Shown one piece after another: positions 49,488 through 60,605 of a stretch of 64,000 bases of DNA. A program made the translations under genes and the position numbers. The notes under the pieces are model-generated. The model was given only the letters and a program-made list of their open reading frames with translations, ran no database searches and had not been told where the DNA came from. The stretch is from Macrostomum lignano. Its lineage: Eukaryota. Location of the stretch: contig NIVC01002284.1 of the NCBI GenBank assembly GCA_002269645.1, forward strand, positions 1 through 64,000, in the 5' to 3' direction. Position 1 is the first letter of the stretch. Each line of letters begins with the position of its first letter.

Positions 49488-50050
49488 CGAGTTAGGGGTC
49501 ACTGAACATGGAGTTAGGGGGTCATTGAACAGGAGTTAGGGGTCATTGAACAGGAGTTAGGGGTCATTGAACAGGAGTTAGGGGGTCATTGAACAGGAGT
49601 TAGGGGGTCATTGAACAGGAGTTAGGGGGTCATTGAACAGGAGTTAGGGGGTCATTGAACAGGAGTTAGGGGGTCATTGAACAGGAGTTAGGGGGTCATT
49701 GAACAGGAGTTAGGGGGTCATTGAACAGGAGTTAGGGGGTCACTGAACAGGGAGTCTGGGGGTCACTGAACAGGGAGTTAGGAGGTCACTGAACAGGGAG
49801 TCTGGGGGTCACTGAACAGGGAGCTAGGGGGTCACTGAACAGGGAGTCTGGGGGTCACTGAACAGGGAGTCTGGGGGTCACTGAACAGGGAGTCTGGGGG
49901 TCACTGAACAGGGAGTCTGGGGTCACTGAACAGGGAGTTAGGGGTCACTAGATTGGGAGCTTGTGGGTCACTGAACTGGGAGTCTGGGGGGGGTCACTGA
50001 ACAGTGAGTTAGGGGTCACTGGGAGTTTGGAGGTCACTGAATTGGGAGTC
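49488..50050. repeat. 22-24 bp G-rich minisatellite upstream of IDI1
   Basis: gggggtcattgaacaggagtta; many units contain TTAGGG. Confidence 0.95.
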
Positions 50051-50127
50051 AGCGAACTGGGAGTAATCAGGAGAAATACAGGTGTCATTGAATTCAGGCT
50101 CTAATTAAAACTTGCCCGATAAACTGC

Positions 50128-50853
50128 ATGCCTCCTCTCCCAGCCCCATCGCTCGCCGGCCGGTTGGCTGGCCGCCTGCTGTGTGGCAGCGCGGCTCCGC
50201 CGTCCCCTCCGACATCAGGCACGGTGCACCCGTCGCAGGCGGCCCTCTTGTCGGAGCAGTGCATCCTGGTGGACACCTCAGACCGGGTGCTGGGCGCCGC
50301 CTCCAAGGAGTTCTGCCACCGGGCCGACAATGTCCGCGCCGGCCGGGCGCTGCACCGAGCCTTCAGCCTCTTCCTGCTGGACAGCGGCGGCCGCCTGCTG
50401 CTGCAGCGGAGGTCGCTGCTGAAGCTGACCTTCCCCGGCAGGTGGACTAACACCTGCTGCTCTCACCCGCTGCACACGGCCGATGAGCTGCAGCCCAGCC
50501 TGGGCGTGAAGCTGGCCGCGGCCCGGCGCACCCGGCTGGAGCTCGGCCTGCGGCTGCCGCCCGGCCAGATGGAGCACCTGGCGACCATCGTCTACCAGGC
50601 CGACTGCGACTCCACCGGCCAGTGGGCCGAGCACGAGGTCGATCACGTGCTGCGCCTGCGGCTGCCGGCCGGCGCGAACGAGGATGTGCAACGGAAGCTG
50701 TGGCCGGATCCCAACGAGGTGGCCGCCACGGCTTGGCTGGCCGACGCTGAGCTGGACGACTTTGTGGCCGAGCGGCGAGCTGCGGGCGAACCGCCCACGC
50801 CCTGGTTTGAGCTGGTCCTGAGCTCGCATCGGCACCTGCTGTTTGACGGCTAG
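50128..50853 (+). CDS. IDI1: Isopentenyl-diphosphate delta-isomerase (type 1), intronless
   Basis: LHRAFSLFL...LLLQRRS..KLTFPGRWTNTCCSHP...AAARRTRLELG...WAEHEVDHV...PNEVA. Confidence 0.96.
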   Translation: MPPLPAPSLAGRLAGRLLCGSAAPPSPPTSGTVHPSQAALLSEQCILVDTSDRVLGAASKEFCHRADNVRAGRALHRAFSLFLLDSGGRLLLQRRSLLKLTFPGRWTNTCCSHPLHTADELQPSLGVKLAAARRTRLELGLRLPPGQMEHLATIVYQADCDSTGQWAEHEVDHVLRLRLPAGANEDVQRKLWPDPNEVAATAWLADAELDDFVAERRAAGEPPTPWFELVLSSHRHLLFDG

Positions 50854-50965
50854 CCGCTTGTCCTGAGCCGCTTGAGTCTGCTGCGTTTCTTGGGATGGGA
50901 TCCGGGATTAGGCTTGGCCGCCTCCAGTTCTCACCTGAATGCGCATTTCTGAAAAGCTGAAGCTT

Positions 50966-51426
50966 TCATAGAAACCGCCTCTGCGATTATTAGATCTGCT
51001 CTTTTAGAAAGCTTTCCACTTCATAGAAACACTTAGAAGAGTTTAGAAAGAGAAGAGCCCCTGTTCCTGGACCAGCATTTCTAAGAATTTGTCTATTTCC
51101 TAGAAATGTCAAAACGTTTCTTAGAAGCAGTCATTGCCGTTCCTGGATCTGCTTTTCTAACCGTGGTTTTATCGTTTCGAATCGGCGAAAAGATTCATAC
51201 AAAAACTGTTCGTGCCATTTCTATGAATGTTTGGCACCGAAATCGAGCCGTTTCTCAGATTCTGAAATAGTCAAATCCGGTAAAATAGTCAAATCCGGAA
51301 CGCCCAAATCTTGCCGTGTTCCAGAAAATTCTAACAAAAATTTCTGCTTCTATTTCTGCTAGTATTTGAACTTTGCCGAACGCAAAACTGAAAATCATTT
51401 TGAAATATTTTCAATATTTCTTAGAA
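50966..51426. promoter_or_regulatory. Cluster of seven TTC-N3-GAA (STAT/BCL6-type) palindromes
   Basis: Exact matches at 50966, 51020, 51079, 51097, 51118, 51219 and 51418. Function is inferred. Confidence 0.4.
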
Positions 51427-51865
51427 TTGCAGCATGACTCAATTGTTGCCACGCAATCGCCCTCTGAGATTTAATAGTTTGCTGTTCAGATCGCTTAACA
51501 ATGTTGAATCCGGTTAAACAGGTGACCTGTCTGTCTGGCTATCTGTAAATGCATTCATTAACTGTCATTTGTTCAATATTTCCTCTGTGAAGCTGTGCGC
51601 AGGTGTCTGACTTTGACTTCCTTTTTTACTTCAATGAAAAATATCTACCACGCACCACTTCCTTCCTGCTTAATGACGATTTTTAATTACTTTTTGTTAA
51701 AGGTTTCCTGACTTGCTTTTGTTTTGAACACGGAAGTTGATATTTTAATTATACTAAGCGATTCATATTTCCATTTTCAAATGATTTCGTGAAGGTTATT
51801 TGGAGTTTATTTCTTCTGGTACTTTCCCCAGATAACCCTGTTTGCTCAGATCTCAATCATCGGAT

Positions 51866-52401
51866 GTGACCGCTCATTTCACAGATGCTCAGGTGTGACC
51901 GCTCAGTTCCCAGATCCTCAGGTGTGACCGCTCAGCTCCCAGATCCTCAGGTGTGACCGCTCAGCTCCCAGATCCTCATGTGTGACCGCTCAGTTCCCAG
52001 ATCCTCAGGTGTGACCGTTCAGCTCCCAGATCCTCAGGTGTGACCGTTCAGCTCCCAGATCCTCAGGTGTGACCGCTCAGCTCCCAGATCCTCATGTGTG
52101 ACCGCTCAGTTCCCAGATCCTCAGGTGTGACCGTTCAGCTCCCAGATCCTCAGGTGTGACCGTTCAGCTCCCAGATCCTCAGGTGTGACCGCTCAGCTCC
52201 CAGATCCTCATGTGTGACCGTTCAGCTCCCAGATCCTCAGGTGTGACCGCTCAGCTCCCAGATCCTCAGGTGTGACCGCTCAGTTCCCAGATCCTCAGGT
52301 GTGACTGCTCAGTTCCCAGATCCTCAGGTACCAGGGTATGACCGCTCAGCTCCCAGATCCTCAGGTATTACCGCTCAGCTCCCAGATCCTCAGGTGTGAC
52401 C
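51866..52401. repeat. 29-bp minisatellite upstream of CWC25
   Basis: gtgtgaccgctcagctcccagatcctcag, about 18 copies. Confidence 0.97.
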
Positions 52402-52506
52402 GTGGCCACCTCAAAATCACTGCACACTGAAACTCGAACCCACACACCAACCTGTCGCAATTGCTGCCCCCTGGCCTCAACCCCATCAGCAACCGAACTA
52501 GCCGCC

Positions 52507-53970
52507 ATGTCGAACCGCGCCCTCGACCTGGAGCACCTGGACTCCGAGGAGCGCGAGAAGATGCTGAAGCTGCTCCGCGAGAAGTACAGCTCGGACGGGC
52601 AGCAGCGGGTGGAGTTTCTCTACAACGAGGACATGAGCCGGCCCAGCGCAGAGGACTACTTGCGCGGCAAGCGGATCACGGATGTCTCTAAACTGTCCGC
52701 CATCGATGACTCCGCGCAGCTGCAGGGCGTCAGCAAGGAGCTGGACTCCGGCATCATCGAGCGGCGGGCCGTGCTGGACATGCAGGCCAAGATGCGCGAG
52801 GACCCACTGTTCCTCATCAGGCAGCAGGAGGCTGAGCGGCTGCGCCGGCTGCAGCAGAACCCGGTGAAGATGCGCAAGCTGACCCAGGCTTTGCAGGAGA
52901 AGGAGAAGACCAAGAAGAGGAAGAGAAACAAGAAAGCGTCGTCTTCATCGGGCTCGGATTCCGAAGAGTCCAGCGGGGACGAGCTGCTCAACCAGTACCT
53001 GGCCATCGTGAACAAGGAACCGGGGAAGTCCGGTGATCACCGGGACCCGTCGGGCAGGCCTCAGCCCAGTCACAAAGACCGGTACAGCAGATCGCCTCCC
53101 CGGCACAAAGACCAGATGAAGTCCGGTGATCACCGGGACCCGTCGGGCAGGCCTCAGCCCAGTCACAAAGACCGGTACAGCAGATCGCCTCCCCGGCACA
53201 AAGACCAGATGAAGAGGTCGCCTCCCAGGCACCAAGGCCAACCAGACAGGTCGCCTCCCAGACACAGAGGCCGGGTGGACAGTTCGCCTCTCAGACACAA
53301 AGACCGACCAGACAGGTCGCCTCCCAGACACAAAGACCGGGTGGAGAAATCGCCTCCCAGACACAGAGGCCGGGTGGACAGGTCGCCTCTCAGGCACCAA
53401 GACCGGATGGACAGGTCGCCTCCCAGACACAAAGACCGGGTGGAGAAGTCGCCTCTCAGGCAGCAAGGCCGGGTGGACAAGTCGCCTCGCAGGCACCAAG
53501 ACCGACCAGACAGGTCGCCTCGCAGGCACCAAGACCGACCAGACAGGTCGCCTCCCAGACACAGAGGCCGGGTGGACAGGTCGCCTCCCAGACACAGAGG
53601 CCGGGTGGACAGGTCGCCTCCTAGGCACACAGACCAGTCAGGCAGCTCATCTAGTCACAAGGACCGGTCGGACAGATCGTCATCCGGAACGAAGCCGGAT
53701 GATGAGCGGGCGCGGCGGCTGGCCGAGATGATGCAGGACGCTCGCGATCGCGAGGCGGACAGACGGGCCCGGCTGGAGGCCCGAGTGGCGGCGGCTGCGG
53801 CCGCTGTGGCCAACGGCGGAGGCGGCGGCGAGGGCCCGGGCGGCGAGTTCATCCGCGGCCTGGCGAACAAGTCAGCAGAGTGCAGCCTGGAGGAGGCGGT
53901 GAGGCGGCGGGCCAATCAGGTGCAGCGGCGGCACGACGACATGGAGAAGCAAGCGTTCCGCAAGGCTTAG
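52507..53970 (+). CDS. CWC25: Pre-mRNA splicing factor CWC25-like; N-terminal Cir_N motif not seen
   Basis: RVEFLY...EDYLRGKRI...LDMQAKMREDPLFLIRQQE...NPVKMRKL, Lys/Ser tract, coding DRSPPRH repeats and a 93-nt exact duplication. Confidence 0.85.
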   Translation: MSNRALDLEHLDSEEREKMLKLLREKYSSDGQQRVEFLYNEDMSRPSAEDYLRGKRITDVSKLSAIDDSAQLQGVSKELDSGIIERRAVLDMQAKMREDPLFLIRQQEAERLRRLQQNPVKMRKLTQALQEKEKTKKRKRNKKASSSSGSDSEESSGDELLNQYLAIVNKEPGKSGDHRDPSGRPQPSHKDRYSRSPPRHKDQMKSGDHRDPSGRPQPSHKDRYSRSPPRHKDQMKRSPPRHQGQPDRSPPRHRGRVDSSPLRHKDRPDRSPPRHKDRVEKSPPRHRGRVDRSPLRHQDRMDRSPPRHKDRVEKSPLRQQGRVDKSPRRHQDRPDRSPRRHQDRPDRSPPRHRGRVDRSPPRHRGRVDRSPPRHTDQSGSSSSHKDRSDRSSSGTKPDDERARRLAEMMQDARDREADRRARLEARVAAAAAAVANGGGGGEGPGGEFIRGLANKSAECSLEEAVRRRANQVQRRHDDMEKQAFRKA

Positions 53971-54104
53971 AGGGCCGGTGTCTGAACTGCTGGGCCCTGC
54001 TCTGCATTCAGCCATGGTCGCGATGTGAACCGTCCGGTTCTGATAACCGCTCAGTTTTTTTAATTAGGCTGATTTTAAACTCATAATAATCATTTGATGA
54101 TCGC

Positions 54105-54570
54105 TCTCAAACCCCACCCTTGGAATCGCCCTCAGCCCCACCCTCAGAATCGCCCTCAGCCCCTCCCTCAGCCCCATCCTCAGAATCTGCCTCAGCCCCA
54201 CCCTCAGAATCGCCCTCAGCCTCACCCTCAGAATCGCCCTCAGCCCCACCCTCAGAATCTCCCTCAGCCCTACCCTCAGAATCGCCCTCAGCCCCACCCT
54301 CAGAATCTGCCTCAGCCCCGCCATTAGAATCTGCCTCAGCCCCACCCTCAGAATCTGCCTCAGCCCGCCCTTAGAATCTCCCTCAGCCCCACCCTCAGAA
54401 TCTCCCTCAGCCCGCCCTTAGAATCTCCCTCAGCCCCACCCTCAGAATCTGCCTCAGCCCCACCCTCAAAATCGCCCTCAGCCCCACCCTCAGAATCTCC
54501 CTCAGCCCGCCCTTAGAATCTCCCTCAGCCCGCCCTTAGAATCTCCCTCAGCCCCACCCTCAGAATCGCC
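54105..54570. repeat. 24-bp minisatellite after CWC25
   Basis: cagccccaccctcagaatcgccct, about 19 copies. Confidence 0.96.
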
Positions 54571-55234
54571 CCAAGCCGCCAGTAAATGCCTTAAGCAGGC
54601 GCAGGGATCAGTGAGAATGGCGGGGGATTCGAGCGGCAAGGCAGGCAGCTTCAGTGGGGAATTCAGCCGGTGTCAAATTGCCGCTGAAAGCCACTGAGCC
54701 GCAACGGTGCCGAGTCGCAAACCCGGGGATTTTCATTGAGCTCTGTTTGCCCTGGCGCAGCGCCCCATTGTTCCGCATCCTGGCGGATGTTTGCCCCCAG
54801 TTCAACTCGGCAGCCTTCGGCGCCGCTTCCCCAAGTCCCGGAGATTGTCAATATGCCATTTTATTGGTGGCAATCGGCTCCCAGTGGGTGCGGCAACTGC
54901 CAGCCAGGTATTCAGCTGCGACTGCAGGCTGGGATAGCTTTCAGCTCCCGCGTGTCCCCTGTGTGCTCGGTAATTTAATGCTGCAAATATTGTGCTCTGT
55001 AATGCCTGTAGCTGAAGCTGTCATTTGTAAATAAAATTTAAGCCTTGCCAGCTCTGCTTGTCAAACTGACACGCGGTGAGTGAGATCAGTCTCTGTTTTG
55101 CTGTTTATTTAAATTACTGCTGATAGGGGATTCAAGTGTTAATTATGCACTAATTATTGATTATCAATGAGTTCTACCTGACTCAACACTGCTCTGTTTG
55201 TGCGTTTCTGCTGCCAAGTGACCTGCATTGTCTG

Positions 55235-55353
55235 GAGAGTGACAATCCAGCGTCTACCGAGTGACATCCAGCGTCTGCCGAGTGACATCCAGCGTCTGCC
55301 GAGTGACACTCCAGCGTCTACCGAGTGACACTCCAGCATCTACCGAGTGACAT
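55235..55353. repeat. ~21-bp repeat ending in the NUP58 start codon
   Basis: ccagcgtctaccgagtgacat variants; the last copy continues gacATGtcc. Confidence 0.85.
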
Positions 55354-57170
55354 GTCCGCCTTCTCATTCGGCGCCAGTCCGGCTGCCTCGGCGGGCCCGA
55401 AGCTGGCCACGGTGGCCCCCCTGGCGGCGGGCAGCTCCAGCACCCTGGGCGGCCTCAACCTGTCGCTGACGCCGCAACAGCCGCCCGCATTCGGGGCCGC
55501 GGCGTCAACGGGCGGCTCCTTGGCAGCGGCCGGGGCGGCCGGCGGTACGCCTGGAGCGGCTGGCGGCCCAGCGGCGGCCGGGCAGTCTTCAACCATCGTG
55601 GGCCTCAACTTGTCCTCCACCACGCCCCTCAGCTCCCTCGCCTCCGCGCCCTCGGCGCCGCCAGCAGCCGGCCAGCCGGCGCCCTTTGGCTTTGGCGCCT
55701 CAGCCACTGGCGCCAAGCCCGCCACCGCCGCCGCTCCGTCTGGCGCCCCAGCGCCGGCTTTTGGCAGCTTTTTTGGCGCTGCCTCGGCATCGACGACCGG
55801 CGCACCTGCTGCTGCGGCACCTGGGGCCGCCCTTAAGGGCCTCGGAGGCGCTGGGGCCTCCACTCAGTCGTCCACCATCGTAGGGCTCAACCTGTCCACC
55901 GCGCCGCTGTCTCTGGCAGCCCCGGCTGCTGCCTCAGCTGCAGCCAAGCCGGCACTCAGCCTGACGCTCGGAGCCGCTCCGACCGCTGCGGCCGCTCCAG
56001 CGCCAGGAGGCTTCTCGTTCGGCACCTCGGCTCCGGCGCCTGGCGCTTCCACTTTGGCGGCTGCGGCAACATCAGCGCCAGCAGCTGCGGCGCCAGCCTT
56101 TCGTGGCCTCGGCGGCGTCCCGGGTTCGAGTCTCGCCAGCGGCTCCGCGGCTGCTGGCAGCGGCGGCGCGGGAATCGGCGGTTTTGGCGCCGGCAGCTCA
56201 AGCGGCAGCGGTGGCGCCGGCGCTAGCGGCTCCACGACGGAGGCGAAGAGCGTGCTGGAGTCGGAGATCCCGCATGAGGTCCTGGTGACTGTGGAGGCCT
56301 TCCGCCGCCACGTCGCTTCCCAGCGGGAGCTGCGGCTGCGCATGGAGGCGGACAGGGCGGGGCTGGCGCAGGAGCTCGGCAGGGTGGCGGAAGAGGCGGA
56401 GTCGGTGGCGCAGGCCGTTAGGCGGTTGGCCACCGGCCGGGCCGCCAGCGTCAGCGCCGCCGTGAGGCTTCGCAGCGACCTGGCGGAGCTCGGCAGGCAG
56501 CTGTCGGTGGCCCGTCGGAGCTTCGAGCAGCCGGCCTGGCAGCAGGCGGACAGCCAGGAGGCGCTGGACCTGCTGGGCCAGCTGGTGACCGAGGCGGCCG
56601 GCAAAATTCGCCTGCTGAGGGCGGAGATCGAGGACCTCGAGGCTGCGCTCTGTCTAGACGGCAGCAGCGGCCGGGTCAGCGGCCAGGAGCTGCTCAACGC
56701 GCTGCGGCAGGCGCGTGAGGCGCTGGTTGCCTGCGCCGCCGAGCTGGGCGCCGCTAGCGCCACCTGCGACCGCCTGCGCGCCGACTTCCTCGCCTACCGG
56801 CGCTCCAGCGGCGACTTCCGCAACCCGTTCGCCGCCTCCGCCTCGCCGCGCGCCGCCTCCGCTACCTCCCCGTTTTCCGGCCGCGGCCGCCACTCGAACT
56901 TCGGGCCGCCGCCTTGCGACGACTCGCTGGCTGCTGCTTCTGCGGCCGCCACCGCCGCCGCAGCCGCCGCCTCCGTGGCCACCCAGCCTGCGGCGGCCGC
57001 TCCGTCCCTCTTCGGCGGCGCCGGCGGCTTCGGTGGATTTTCCGCTGCTGGACAGGCGGCGCCGGCGTTCGGCGCCACTGCGGCCTCAGCGCCTTTCGCC
57101 GGCTTCGGCGCCGCGGCGCGGCCCCGGCGGCGGCCTCTTTGGCTTCTCGGCCGCTAAGCGGAAGCCGTGA
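55352..57170 (+). CDS. NUP58: Nucleoporin p58/p45 (FG nucleoporin), with a frameshift near 57120
   Basis: FG/GLNL low-complexity N-terminus and the coiled-coil core ESEIPHEVLVTVEAFRRHV...IEDLE...LVACAAEL...FLAYRR..GDFRNPF. The natural end GGGLFGFSAAKRKP* is in another frame. Confidence 0.82.
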
Positions 57171-57689
57171 ATTCTCGGGCCCGAGCTCGAACCTGGTGCT
57201 CCTGACTCCGCCCCTCCCAGCTGCAATAATTTTTGTCTCCGAACTGCTCCGCTCGGCCAGCCTGCAGGCCGCATTTACTCGATAAAGCAAAATAAACCAG
57301 CCGCAATTTGCTCTGATTTGGCTGTCGCTTCTCATTCACAACTGCCCGTCTTTGCCCTTGTTTTCTTGGGGATGCTCTGGGATTAGTAACAGGCTCGTCA
57401 TCCCCTGCTTGACCCGCTAGCTAATCCCCCTGCTTCCGGCTCTCAGCCTCTTTAATCTCTGCATCTTCCCTGCTCAGCCAGTCCGTTTCAGCTTTGAAAG
57501 CGCTGCGGAGCTCTCCTGCTTTTAGAAGCAGCAACGCTTAGGGGACTGCTTGGCCAAGCATTGATGGCTGGGGCTTGATCTGAATATGATAGTTTAATGC
57601 TGCCCTGTAGCTCTGCGACCTCCTGCTTACCTGCCACGGCTTCTACGGTTGCCATTCTCATTCATTCTCACCGCTTTTATGGTTCCCTA

Positions 57690-58096
57690 GCAATTCCCCA
57701 GCCCATACCCCGCCTCCGCGATTCCCCAGCCCATACCCCGCCTCCGCGATTCCCCAGCCCATACCCCGCCTCCGCGATTCCCCAGCCCATACCCCGCCTC
57801 CGCAATTCCCCAGCCCATACCCCGCCTCCGCAATTCCCCAGCCCATACCCCGCCTCCGCAATTCCCCAGCCCATACCCCGCCTCCGCAATTCCCCAGCCC
57901 ATACCCCGCCTCCGCAATTCCCCAGCCCATACCCCGCCTCCGCAATTCCCCAGCCCATACCCCGCCTCCGCAATTCCCCAGCCCATACCCCGCCTCCGCA
58001 ATTCCCCAGCCCATACCCCGCTCCGCAATTCCCCAGCCCATACCCCGCTCCGCAATTCCCCATCCCATACCCCGCCTCCGCAATTCCCCAGCCCAT
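57690..58096. repeat. 28-bp minisatellite ending in the TAF10 start codon
   Basis: gcaattccccagcccataccccgcctcc, about 14 copies; the last copy reads ccccagcccATGtca. Confidence 0.96.
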
Positions 58097-58622
58097 GTCA
58101 GCAGCAGCGAAGCCGCCCCCGACGCTTGCTGAACGGTGACGAGAGCCTCTCCCCGGCTGAGCAGCAGCCGCAGCAGCAGCAGAGGCCGCAGTTCCAGCAG
58201 CCGGTGTCCCTGTCGGACTTCTTCCTGCAGCTGGACGAATACCAGCCCACCATTTCGGACCGGGTCACTCAGTACTACCTGGAGCGCAGCGGCCTGGAGG
58301 TGGCCGACCAGCGCCTGCTCCGCCTGGTGTCCCTAGCCGGCCAGAAGTTCATTTCAGACATCGTGAGCGACGCCATGCACCACTGCCGGGCCAGGCAGGG
58401 CGGCCCCGCGGCCAAGCGGGCCAGCGGCGGCACCCCGGGAGCCGCGGCCGCCGGCACCGCCTCCGCCGCCCCCGGAGCTGCCGGGGCTGCCGGCTCGGCT
58501 GCGCTGGCGGCGGCGGCTCCTCCGGCCAGCCCGGCAAGCGCCTGACACTGACAATGGAGGACCTCGGCCCGGCCTTCCAGGAGTGCGGCATCAACGTGCA
58601 GCGGCCGCCGTATTTTACCTGA
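58095..58622 (+). CDS. TAF10: TFIID subunit 10, with two apparent frameshifts
   Basis: LSDFFLQLDEYQPTISDRVTQYYLERSG...DQRLLRLVSLAGQKFISDIVSDAMHHC (middle frame) and KRLTLTMEDLGPAFQECGINVQRPPYFT* (frame of the ATG at 58095). Confidence 0.9.
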
Positions 58623-58779
58623 GCGGCCTCTTGCTGAGTACTCCGGGCCGGTGTACAGAGCTGCGGCCGCTGCTGGCTTGCAATCGGGGCTTCGATGCTC
58701 ATCATGCTGCTCACGGATTTCTGCCTGTGCTGTTTTTGCTGTACTTGGCTGTATATTGTTGTTCTTTTGGTGCCTCCTG

Positions 58780-59290
58780 CACCCTATCTTCCCCTCATCT
58801 CTTTCCCTCCCCTTCTCTCCCCTCTCCCATTCTATCCCCTCACCCTTCTATCCCTCTCCCATGCTATCCCCTCACCCTTCTATCCCCTCTCCCATTCTAT
58901 CCCCTCTCATATTCTATCCCCTCTCCCATTCTATCCCCTCTCCCTTCTATCCCCCTCCCATTCTATCCCCTCTCCCATTCTATCCCCTCTCCCATTCTAT
59001 CCCCTCTCCCATTCTATCCCCTCTCTCTTCTATCCCCTCTCCCATTCTATCCCCTATCCCTTCTATCCCCTCTCCCATTCTATCCCCTATCCTATTATCC
59101 CCTCTCCCTTCTATCCCCTCTCCCATTCTATCCCCTCTCTCCATTCTATCCCATCCCTTCTATCCCCTCTCCCTTCTATCCCCTCTCCCATTCTATCCCC
59201 TATCCCATTCTATCCCCTATCCCATTCTTTCCCCTCTCCCATTCTTTCCCCTCTCCCTTCTATCCCCCTCCCATTCTATCCCTCTCCCCA
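58780..59290. repeat. ~17-bp pyrimidine-rich minisatellite after TAF10
   Basis: ctatcccctctcccatt variants. Confidence 0.95.
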
Positions 59291-59994
59291 ATTCTCGGGC
59301 CCTGGTTCGTTCTCGGCCTGTGCATATTTTTACTCATGCGCTGCAGTCTCAGCTCGCAGCCAGAAATACACGAGACCGCCTTGACCTGCTGCTTGCTTTG
59401 GGGAGTCGCAGCGGCAGCTGCTGTTGAAGTATCTGCACTGTTATCGCTGATCACTGAATGGCGGAGTGCTGACTCGCTCTTTTGACTCGGACTCAGTTTA
59501 AACCCCCTGGCAACTGGCTGCAGGCCTTGCCAACCCGCTGGGCAGTGAGCAGCTGAGTCTGACAAGCCTAGCCAATGGCGGCTGAGCTGCCCCAGCCTGC
59601 TGCCGCACTCAAAAGCCTGAGCAGCCCTCCTCCCGCGCTCCCCTCGCTCGGGTTTCTGTTAATTTTCCCAAACACCCGCTTGGAGCAGCTCGAAATTCAA
59701 CTCGGAATGCCTCGACTCGCCTGCTGACCTGCCTGCTGGCCGCCCTGTGCGCCTGTGAGTTCCACTGCTCAAATTCTCTGAGTAGCCTTTCACGATTCAC
59801 CGACTTAACCGTCTCGCCGATTGCAGCCACCCTTTTGGCGCTGCCGCCTGCCCGTGCACTGCCCGCTGAGTCAGCTGAGCCCTGGATGCAGGGGTGAGCG
59901 TTTGCGAGCCGACATGTATCGCTAACAGCTTTGATGATAAGGGTTTAATTGGGCCTGTGGGTAGAACAATATCACTGATTGAAATGCATCAATT

Positions 59995-60290
59995 GGGTTC
60001 TACATATAGGCTGTAGCGTTCTACATATAGATCGACACCGGGTGTTGTGGTTTTACATGTAGATCGGCACATCGGGTGTTGGGTTTTACATGTAGATCGG
60101 CCGGGTGTTGGTTCTACATGTAGATCGGCACCGGGTGTTGGGTTCTACATGTAGATCGGCACCGGGTGTTGGGTTCTACATGTAGATCGGCCCCGGTGTT
60201 GGGTTCTACATGTAGATCGGCCCCGGGTGTTGGGCTCTACATGTAGATCGGCACCGGGTGTTGGATTCTACATGTAGATCGCCCCGGGTG
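59995..60290. repeat. ~31-bp minisatellite
   Basis: catgtagatcggcaccgggtgttgggttcta, about 9 copies. Confidence 0.93.
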
Positions 60291-60605
60291 TTGGGTTTGG
60301 TCAGTACTGGAACACAGTACGAACTTTTTCAGACTACATATGTAGGTGACTTGTACAAGCGGCTTAATACAGAGAAGTTCGGGATTTTTAATTTTTGCCA
60401 AAGTCCAAGGCTGAGAGTTCTCCCGCGCTTTCAAATAGCCGCAGATTCTGGCGAACCGGAAATGTCCGGCTTCTAAAATCACCTGCAGGCGGCTTTGGGT
60501 GGGATTAGAGCAGAAAGTGTTCAAAGCTCAAAGAGCCAGCGGGTCCCGTGCGCTCGCCGCGGGATCAAAGGCCAGTCCTTTTGTGGTCGGAATTTTCCTG
60601 ATTTC

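Noticed and set aside
15460-58714. Many overlapping antisense and alternate-frame ORFs over NFYC, DnaJ, BLOC1S6, IDI1, CWC25, NUP58 and TAF10
   Set aside because: They are shadows of very GC-rich coding sequence; the conserved protein lies in another frame.
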